Below, one piece after another: positions 47,336 through 54,583 of a DNA stretch of 64,000 nt. The stretch covers positions 672,001 to 736,000 of the forward strand of contig CAVYRF010000001.1 of the NCBI GenBank assembly GCA_963770895.1, read 5' to 3'. The DNA is from an uncultured Acidobacteriota bacterium (GTDB lineage Bacteria > Acidobacteriota > Thermoanaerobaculia > Multivoradales > UBA5704). How positions within the stretch are numbered: position 1 is the stretch's first letter; the number at the start of each line of letters is the position of its first letter. The notes under the pieces are model-generated. The model was not told where the DNA came from. It ran no database searches and saw nothing but the letters and a program-made list of their open reading frames with translations. The position numbers and the translations under genes were made by a program.

Positions 47336-49460
47336 CCGCCGCCACCGCCGCTGCTCACTGCCAGGCGGACTGCAAGCAGTTGCCTGGCTGTGGCTCCTGG
47401 CCGCGGCGCCCTGTCTGGCCCAGGGCGCCGGCGCCCCGCCTGCCGCCCAGGCGGCGATGGTCGCCGCCGGCAAGCAGATCTACCGCACCGGCCATGACGC
47501 CGCCGGCCCCGAGATCATGGCCGTGCTCGGCGGCCAGCAGGGCGCCGAGGTGACCGCCGCGGCGCTCCCCTGCGCCGGCTGTCACGGCCGCGACGGCAAG
47601 GGGCGCCCGGAAGGCGGCGTCACCCCGTCCGATCTGACCTGGGACGCGCTCAGCCGCCCCTACCAGCTCGCCGAGCCCGGCAGCCGCCGCCACCCGCCTT
47701 ACGACGAGCGCACCCTCAAGCGGGCCATCACCCTGGGCATCGACGCCGGCGGCCAGGCGCTCCAGGCCGCCATGCCGCGCTACCGCCTCACCCAGGAGCA
47801 GGCCGACCACCTGATCGCCTACATCAAGACCCTGGGGCGCGAGGCCGACCCCGGCGTTACCCCCGACCGCCTGCGCCTCGGCATCCTGCTGCCGCCCGAG
47901 CCCGAAGCCGCCGCCGTGCGCCGCGCCCTGGACGCCGCCGCCGCCCGTCTCAACGCCACCGGCGGCCTCTATGCCCGCCGTCTCGACCTGCGGTACCTGC
48001 CGCCATTGCCGCAGTCTGCCGCCATGCCGGGGCCGGAATCGACCGCTTTGGCGGCGTCGGGGATGGTTGCTTTGTCCAGGCCGGAGCTGGTTGTAGTGCG
48101 GGTGTCGGCGCCGGACGCCTTGTATCGGCCGGAGGGGGCTGCAATGCGGACACCAGCGCCGGCGGCGTTGGATGCGGCTGACGCGGAGTCACCGCAGCGG
48201 GCTTCCTCGCCAGGGCCGGAGGCTGCAATGCGGGCACTGGGGCCGGCTACTTTGGCGGCGCCGGAGCCGGCTGACGCGGAGCCTCCGGAGAGGGTTTCCT
48301 CGCAAGGTTCCGGGGCGGCCGACCCTCTCGCCTCCGGCTCGGTTGTGCCGCCGGCTTCGCCGGCGCAGTCGGCCGCCTGGCGCGCCGCGGTCGAGCGGTT
48401 CCTGGACGCCGAGCAGCCCTTTGCCCTGGTGGCGTCGGCCGCCGCCGGCGAGGAGGCGGCGCTGGCATCCCTGGCCGCCGACCGCGAGCTGCCCGTGGTG
48501 GGCGCCCTGACCGGGGCGCCGCCGCCGGCTTCGTCGCTCGATCGCTATGTTTTCTATCTCCAGCCGGGACTTGCCGAGCAGGCGCGAGCCCTGGTCGAGG
48601 CGGTATCCGCCGGCCTGGGCGGCGTGCCGCGCCACGCCGGCCTGCTGATCGCCGCGGCGCAGCCCGAAGCCGTGGCCGCCGCCGCCCGCGACCAGTTCGA
48701 CCGCACGCGCGTTCAACCCTGGGCGGCGACCTGTGCGCCGGGAGACCGCCAACTGGCCGCGCGCATCGTCGAAGCGAATCAGGCCGGCGTCGACGCCCTG
48801 GTCTTTATCGGCGGCGCCCAGGACGCGCACGACCTGCTCGCCGGCGCCGACGCCCTGGGCTGGCATCCGCGCGTCTTCCTGCTGGCGGCCCTCGCCGCCG
48901 GCGCCGTCCTGGACGCGCCCGCTGCCTTCGCCGGCCGCCTCTACCTGGCCGCCCCCGGCCTGCCGTCGGATCTCACCGCAAAAGGCGCCGCGGCGCTGCT
49001 CGCCGCCGGCCTCGCACCCCCTTCGGGAGCGCCCGCGGCAGCCGCACCGCCCGACAACCAGGCCCCCGGCACCGCAGCCAACAGCGGCCCGGCGGCCCAG
49101 AGCCCTACGGCTACCGCTCCGGCGCCCACCGCCCCGGCAACCCGCGGCCCGGCGTCCGGAGCCTCGGCCGGCGCCCCGGCGACACAGGCCAAGGAGCTGC
49201 CGCGCGCTACGCTCTACGAGCGTCAGGCGCTGGCGGCCTTTGCGACCTTCACCGAGGCGCTGACCCACTGCGGCCGCGACCTCAGCCGCGACCGCCTGAT
49301 CGACGCGCTGGAGGGGATGCACGACTTTGACACCGGCCTGACGCCGCTGCTCACCTTCGGCCCCGAGCGGCACCTGGGGGCGTTGGGCGCCTACGTCGTC
49401 GTCTTCGATCCCGCCCGCGGCGGCCTGGCTCCGGCCGGCGGTTGGGTGGCGCCACGTTGA
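47310..49460 (+). CDS. Cytochrome c fused to a periplasmic binding protein (branched-chain amino acid type)
   Basis: CAGCH heme motif with distal MPRY, followed by type-I PBP features (NATGGLYAR..L, R..LIDALE..FDTG.TP.LTFGP). Start uncertain. Confidence 0.78.
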   Translation: MRCCTTAVSRRHRRCSLPGGLQAVAWLWLLAAAPCLAQGAGAPPAAQAAMVAAGKQIYRTGHDAAGPEIMAVLGGQQGAEVTAAALPCAGCHGRDGKGRPEGGVTPSDLTWDALSRPYQLAEPGSRRHPPYDERTLKRAITLGIDAGGQALQAAMPRYRLTQEQADHLIAYIKTLGREADPGVTPDRLRLGILLPPEPEAAAVRRALDAAAARLNATGGLYARRLDLRYLPPLPQSAAMPGPESTALAASGMVALSRPELVVVRVSAPDALYRPEGAAMRTPAPAALDAADAESPQRASSPGPEAAMRALGPATLAAPEPADAEPPERVSSQGSGAADPLASGSVVPPASPAQSAAWRAAVERFLDAEQPFALVASAAAGEEAALASLAADRELPVVGALTGAPPPASSLDRYVFYLQPGLAEQARALVEAVSAGLGGVPRHAGLLIAAAQPEAVAAAARDQFDRTRVQPWAATCAPGDRQLAARIVEANQAGVDALVFIGGAQDAHDLLAGADALGWHPRVFLLAALAAGAVLDAPAAFAGRLYLAAPGLPSDLTAKGAAALLAAGLAPPSGAPAAAAPPDNQAPGTAANSGPAAQSPTATAPAPTAPATRGPASGASAGAPATQAKELPRATLYERQALAAFATFTEALTHCGRDLSRDRLIDALEGMHDFDTGLTPLLTFGPERHLGALGAYVVVFDPARGGLAPAGGWVAPR

Positions 49461-50290
49461 TGGGCGCCGCCCCCGCCAGCGCCGGCGGGCAGGTCGGCGC
49501 TGCCTACGACTCGATCGCCGCGGCATACGATGGCTTGGTCAGCGAAGACGCCTGGATGCGCGAGCGGCTCTGGGCGCACCACCTGCGGGTGTTTCCCGCC
49601 GGCGCGCGAGTGCTGGACGTGGCCTGTGGCACCGGCCTCGACACCCTGCACCTTGCCGCGCGGGGTCGCCGCCTGACCGGTGTGGACGCCTCGCCGGGGA
49701 TGCTGGAAGCGCTGCGCGACAAGGCCGCGGCGCTCGGGCTTGCCGGTCAGGTCGCGGTGCGGGCGGGCGACGCCGGTCAGCTGGACGATTGGGAACCCGC
49801 CAGCTTCGACGGCATCCTGTCGTCTTTCGCGGGCCTCAACACCACCGACCTGTCCGCCTTCGCCGCCGCCGCCGGCCGCCTGGTACGTCCGCGCGGCCGG
49901 GTGGTGATCCACCTGCTCGCGCCGGCCGGCATCTGGGAGCGCCTGCGCCTCGCCGCCGCCGGGAGCCCCGGCGCCGCGCTGCGCCTCGGCCGCCGCCGCC
50001 AGCTCACGGTCACCATCGCCGGAAGCGCCGTGACGCACCACCTGCTGCCCGCCGGAGACCTCTATCGCCGCCACTTCCACGCCGCCTTCCACCTGCGCCG
50101 CTGGTACGGCCTGGGCTGGCTCTGGCCGCGCCAGTTCGGCGCCCGGCTAGGCCCCCGCACCGCCCGGGTGCTGGGCGGGCTGGACGCCGCCCTGGGCCGC
50201 TATGAACCCTGGCGCCGCTGCGCCCGCTTCCTCGTTCTCGACCTGGAGCGCCGCGACGACCAGGCCGGCCCCATCGAACGGCACGGTTGA
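49460..50290 (+). CDS. Class I SAM-dependent methyltransferase
   Basis: VLDVACGTG, GVDASPGML, FDGILSSF. TGATG coupling with the upstream gene. Confidence 0.88.
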   Translation: MGAAPASAGGQVGAAYDSIAAAYDGLVSEDAWMRERLWAHHLRVFPAGARVLDVACGTGLDTLHLAARGRRLTGVDASPGMLEALRDKAAALGLAGQVAVRAGDAGQLDDWEPASFDGILSSFAGLNTTDLSAFAAAAGRLVRPRGRVVIHLLAPAGIWERLRLAAAGSPGAALRLGRRRQLTVTIAGSAVTHHLLPAGDLYRRHFHAAFHLRRWYGLGWLWPRQFGARLGPRTARVLGGLDAALGRYEPWRRCARFLVLDLERRDDQAGPIERHG

Positions 50291-50396
50291 GCCGGCCGGG
50301 CAGCCGCACCCCAATTCCCGCGGCGCCCCCGAAACCTCCCTGGTGGCGGCCCCGTAGGGTTCGGCACGGGCGGAGATGTACTCGCGGAGAGGGCGC

Positions 50397-51317
50397 ATGC
50401 GCAAGCTGTTGGCGGTGCTGTTGGAGCTGGCGATCGGACTGATCGTCGTGGCGGTGTTGTTCGTCGACGTGCGGGTCCTGCTGCAAAGCCCAACGTTGAT
50501 CTATCTGTTCCTGCCGGTCGTCTGCGTGATCACTCTTGGCGTGGGCGCCTGGCGCGGCCGCACCAGCCCGCTCGCTGGTTGGCAGGTGGTGGCGCTGATC
50601 AACCTGCCGACGCTGGTGATCGTTGCTGCGACCGCGGGACGCGCCTGGCTGCAACTGCTCGCGTTGCCGGTTCTAGGGGCGGCGTGTACCGGTCTGGGAT
50701 TGGCCGTGGCGCGCGGCCCGGCGGCCCGGCGACCGTGGCGGGCCGTGGTGCCGCTTTTGGCCATCGTGCTGGTTGCCTTGGGAGCCCTGGGCCCGCGGTT
50801 CGCCCGATCGCTGGTGTTCAGCGACGAGCAGCGCCAGCCCGCCGTCGCGTTCCGCTTCACCGACCTGGGCACCGGCGCGGTCGTCGGTGCGGAGCAGCTG
50901 CGCGGCCGCGTCGTGGTGATCGACTTCTGGGCCACCTGGTGCGTGCCCTGCCAGCACGAGCTGCCCGAGCTGGACCGTATTGCGCAGCGCTTTGCGGGCG
51001 ACCGCCGGGTGGCGTTCTACGCCGTGGACGTCCCGATGACCGACACGCCGAACGACCAGGGCGACACTCCCGAGCGGGCGCGGGCACTGTTCGGCCGCCG
51101 CGGGTTTCGCCTGCCGCTCGGTTTCGACGCCGGCGGCAGCGCGGCCGTCGCGCTGCACGCCCACGGCCTGCCGACGCTCATCATCCTGGATCGTACAGGC
51201 CAGATGCGGCTGCGCCGCGTGGGCTACACCGGTGCCGAGGACCTCGGCGCAATCCTGGACGCCACCCTCGGGAAGCTCCTGGCCGAAGGCGCCGCGACCC
51301 CGCCGAGCCCCTCCTGA
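50397..51317 (+). CDS. Membrane-anchored TlpA-family thiol-disulfide oxidoreductase
   Basis: About five TM helices, then DFWATWCVPC and GLPT cis-Pro. Confidence 0.88.
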   Translation: MRKLLAVLLELAIGLIVVAVLFVDVRVLLQSPTLIYLFLPVVCVITLGVGAWRGRTSPLAGWQVVALINLPTLVIVAATAGRAWLQLLALPVLGAACTGLGLAVARGPAARRPWRAVVPLLAIVLVALGALGPRFARSLVFSDEQRQPAVAFRFTDLGTGAVVGAEQLRGRVVVIDFWATWCVPCQHELPELDRIAQRFAGDRRVAFYAVDVPMTDTPNDQGDTPERARALFGRRGFRLPLGFDAGGSAAVALHAHGLPTLIILDRTGQMRLRRVGYTGAEDLGAILDATLGKLLAEGAATPPSPS

Positions 51318-51366
51318 AGAGCGGCCCCACCGCCTTGCCGCGCCGGAGCCAGGGAGGCGCGCCAAG

Positions 51367-51394
51367 TTGAACGATGTTGGCTTTTTGATATGTT
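51367..51394 (+). promoter_or_regulatory. Putative sigma70 promoter for the small peptide gene
   Basis: TTGAAC-16 nt-TATGTT within an AT-rich island. Confidence 0.4.
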
Positions 51395-51435
51395 GTAATT
51401 GCGGTCAATGTACCAACGGCCCAAGGAGGGCTCCG

Positions 51436-51564
51436 ATGAAGAAAACGCTGATCAAGATTCGTCGTGAGACGCTGATCCCACTCGAGGATCAATCCACTTG
51501 GCGCATCGCGGTGGTGGGCGCGACGGGCAAGTGCCCTTCCATCAACATCGGGTGCAATCAGTAA
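51436..51564 (+). CDS. 42-aa RiPP-precursor-like peptide MKKTLIKIRRETLIPLEDQSTWRIAVVGA-TGKCPSINIGCNQ
   Basis: Strong AAGGAGG RBS at 51423-51429, AT-rich upstream region, downstream hairpin, leader-like N-terminus and a Thr/Ser/Cys core. Confidence 0.72.
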   Translation: MKKTLIKIRRETLIPLEDQSTWRIAVVGATGKCPSINIGCNQ

Positions 51565-51581
51565 AGCCCGAATCGGTATCG

Positions 51582-51611
51582 TCTGCGGGCGGGTTACAAC
51601 CTGCCCGCAGA
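51582..51611. terminator. GC-rich stem-loop between the convergent peptide and PEP-mutase genes
   Basis: TCTGCGGGCGGGTT / AACCTGCCCGCAGA inverted repeat, with no long U tract. Confidence 0.5.
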
Positions 51612-51701
51612 TCCGGCCATTTCACCAATTCGCCCAGGAGCGCCGCCTTCGCGGCTGGTGCCGTTGTTCATCGCTGGGCTCGCCGAGCACTTGCAAATGA
51701 C

Positions 51702-52523
51702 TCATGACGCGAAGATCGCGCTGATCTCGCGCGGGCTGGCGGCCTCCTCGGCATAGGTGAAGGTGCCGTGCTCGCGCATCTCGCGCGCGGCGCGCAGGAA
51801 GGCGCCCAGCGCGGCGCGCGCCAGCGAGCTGCCGATGCTGATCCGCCGCACCCCCATCTCCGCCAGGGCGGCCTGGCTCAGCTGCACGCCGCGCAGCCCC
51901 ATCACCACGTTGACCGGCCGGTCCACCGAGCTGATCACCGCCGCGATGTCTTCCCTGGTCGCCAGGCCCGGCGCATACAGCACGTCGGCGCCCGCCTCCT
52001 GGTAGGCCTGCAAGCGGGCAATCGTGTCCTTGATGTCCGGACGGCCGTGCAGGTAATTTTCGGCACGGCCGGTCAGCATGAAGGGGACGGGGAGCGCCCG
52101 CGCCGCCTCCGCCGCGGCGCGCACCCGATCCGCCGCCAGCTCGCGCTCATAGATCGGACTGTCGGCGCGCCCCGTCGCGTCCTCGATCGAACCGCCGACC
52201 ACGCCCGCGGCCGCCGCCAGCCGGATCGTCTCGGCAGCCGCCTGGGGGCTGTCGCCGAAGCCGTTTTCCAGGTCGGCGCTCACCGGCAGATCGGTCGCGT
52301 ACGCGATCTGCGCCAGGTGTTCCATGATCATTTCGCGGTCGACCGCGTTATCCAGCTTGCCGACCGAAAACGCGAAGCCCATGCTGGTCGTAGCCAGCGC
52401 TTCGAAGCCAAGGTGGGCCAGCAGCCGCGCGCTGCCGATGTCCCAAGGATTGGGAATGATGAACGCCCCGGCGCGCTCATGCAGCGCCCGAAACGCCTGT
52501 CCTTTTTCAACTTGCGAAGTCAT
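51702..52523 (-). CDS. Isocitrate lyase / PEP mutase family protein
   Basis: PNPWDIGSA, ALATTS, VSADLENGFG, GGSIED, GADVLYAPG. Alternative GTG start at 52532. Confidence 0.92.
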   Translation of the reverse strand: MTSQVEKGQAFRALHERAGAFIIPNPWDIGSARLLAHLGFEALATTSMGFAFSVGKLDNAVDREMIMEHLAQIAYATDLPVSADLENGFGDSPQAAAETIRLAAAAGVVGGSIEDATGRADSPIYERELAADRVRAAAEAARALPVPFMLTGRAENYLHGRPDIKDTIARLQAYQEAGADVLYAPGLATREDIAAVISSVDRPVNVVMGLRGVQLSQAALAEMGVRRISIGSSLARAALGAFLRAAREMREHGTFTYAEEAASPREISAIFAS

Positions 52524-52714
52524 CGTCGTCACCCGATCTCAAGCGCCTTGCCAGTGAACCGCCAGCAGCGGAGCTCCCGCCAGCGCCAGCGCCAGCCCAG
52601 GCCGCCGCCGTGAGCCCTCAGTATATTGCGCCGGCACCCTCGGCAGTGTGCCGCCGGGTCGGCCGGAAGGTAGCGCGCAATGGCGGTGGGCCGGTGCCTG
52701 GGCGGCGATGCGCC

Positions 52715-53085
52715 GGCGAGGTGGACCGGCGGGTCGGTCGGTTGGTCGATCGGGCGGCCGAGTGGACCGGTGGACTGTGTGGTGATCGGTCGGCGGGGCG
52801 GACCGGTGGGGCCGGTGGGTCAGTTGGCGATCGGTCGGCGGCTTGGATCGGGGGTCGATGGGTCAGGCGTGCAATCAGGGCGAAAAAGGTAGCGGGTCGA
52901 GGGGGAGGTCGGGTGGTGGACCGGTGCACCGGCGACGATGGTTCGGCGGAGGGGACCGGGCGGGTAAGTCGGTTGGCGAAGCGATGGAATGATGGGGCTG
53001 CGGCGGACCGTTGGGTCGGCCGGCGAAGGGTCGGCGGGGCAATGGAGCGTTGGGCAGGTGGGGTGGTGGGCAGGGGGTGTGGGAT
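52715..53085 (+). repeat. G-rich degenerate intergenic repeat region
   Basis: GGACCGG/GGTCGG words recur about every 35-60 nt, with strong G skew. G-run cluster at 53052-53083. Confidence 0.45.
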
Positions 53086-53117
53086 GTGAGTCTGGCCGAT
53101 GGGATAAAATTGCCGCC

Positions 53118-54395
53118 ATGCAGCTTGCATTTCTCACGCTCTTTTTGGGCCTGGTCACAGGCTCGCTGCCGCTGTCGCTCACCGCCGGCCCCGACGTCGC
53201 CAAGGTCGAGATCGTGCTGGACGGCGCTCCGGTTCAACGCCTGGCCGCGCCGCCCTGGAGCGGCAGGATCGACTTTGGCGCCGCGTTGCTGCCGCACCAC
53301 CTGGAGGCGCGCGGCCTGGATGCCCAGGGGCGCGAGGTGGCGCACGCCGAGCAGTGGATCAACGTCCCGCGCGACCCCGCGGAAGCGCAGATCGTGGTCG
53401 AAAAAGCCCAGCCGGGCCAGCCTCGCACCATCCGTCTGGCCTGGCAGAGCATCACCAGCGACGCGCCCACCAAGGTGGCGCTCACCTTTGACGGCGCGCC
53501 GCTCGCCTTCGACAGCCAGTACCGCGCCGTCCTCCCCGCCCTCCACGGCACCGACACGCACGTCGTCGCGGCCGAGCTGCAATTTGCCGGCGGCGCCACG
53601 GCGCGCCACGCCGTCGCTCTCGGCGGCGAATATGACGACGCCGTCGCCAGCGACCTGACCGCGGTCCCCGTCTGGATCGCGCCGCGCGCCGAGCTGCCGC
53701 CGCTCGCCAGCCTGCAGGGGTGGTTTGCCGAAGAGGGCCGCCCGCTCCAGGTGCAGGCTGCCGACGCTGCCGCGCCCTGGCTCCTCACCGTGCGCGACGC
53801 CGCGGCCATGAAACTGCTCCGCCTCAGTTGGATGGCCCGCGACCGCTTCCGCTTCAAGCTGCCGCCGGGCAGCCGCATGCGCTTCATCTGGCCCCAGGCC
53901 AAGCGCCATGAAGCCTCGGGCCTGCCTTCCGAGATCTTCGACAGCAGCACCTACGCCATGGACGTGGCGCGCGACAGCATCCCCTGGCTGCTCACCCGCG
54001 TCCAGCAGCCCGGCGCGGACCATCCCCGCCTGGCCGACGCCGCCGCCGCCTCAGGCCTGGCGCTGGCCGCCGCCGCCGGCCCCCGCGCCCTGATCGTCGT
54101 CCTGGATCCCGACACCAAGGACTACAGCCACCTCGACAGCGCCACCGTCCGCCGCTACCTGGAAGCCATCCACATCCCCCTGTTCGTGTGGGCAGTCGGC
54201 CCCCCCTCCGCCGACCTGACCGCCACCTGGGGCCACGTCACCAACATCTCCGTCGAATCCGGCATGGAATCCGCCTTCGCCGCCCTGCGCCAGGTCCTGG
54301 ACCGCCAGCGCATCGTCTGGCTCGCCGGCCACCACCTTCCCCAACGCATCGCCCTGACCCCAGCCGCCGCCGGCCTCCAGCTCACCCCGCCCTGA
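53118..54395 (+). CDS. Hypothetical protein (Ig-like N-terminus, possible degenerate VWA-like C-terminus)
   Basis: Good codon bias, TAAAAT 7 nt before the ATG, and 'LADAAAASG...RALIVVLD..D.S' resembling a VWA core. Confidence 0.65.
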   Translation: MQLAFLTLFLGLVTGSLPLSLTAGPDVAKVEIVLDGAPVQRLAAPPWSGRIDFGAALLPHHLEARGLDAQGREVAHAEQWINVPRDPAEAQIVVEKAQPGQPRTIRLAWQSITSDAPTKVALTFDGAPLAFDSQYRAVLPALHGTDTHVVAAELQFAGGATARHAVALGGEYDDAVASDLTAVPVWIAPRAELPPLASLQGWFAEEGRPLQVQAADAAAPWLLTVRDAAAMKLLRLSWMARDRFRFKLPPGSRMRFIWPQAKRHEASGLPSEIFDSSTYAMDVARDSIPWLLTRVQQPGADHPRLADAAAASGLALAAAAGPRALIVVLDPDTKDYSHLDSATVRRYLEAIHIPLFVWAVGPPSADLTATWGHVTNISVESGMESAFAALRQVLDRQRIVWLAGHHLPQRIALTPAAAGLQLTPP

Positions 54396-54583
54396 CGGCC
54401 CCCCGCCGGCGGCGTTCACCGGATCAGCAAGGTTTTTGCGCCCGGCGACCGCCCGCAGCGGGCGCATCGCGCGGCATGCGCCGGCGATTTAGCTTCTTCG
54501 CCGCGATTCATCGATCTGCATACTGCGATTCGATAGCGCCCCGCGGCCGCCCCGGTGGTCCGCCGGTCGGCACCTACTAGGGT

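Noticed and set aside
51702-52523. True PEP mutase marking phosphonate biosynthesis
   Set aside because: It lacks the EDKxxxxxNS PepM signature (has IEDATG), and no phosphonopyruvate decarboxylase is nearby.
52610-53130. 159-170 aa ORFs in the G-rich spacer
   Set aside because: Low-complexity translations on both strands, no RBS and atypical codon use.
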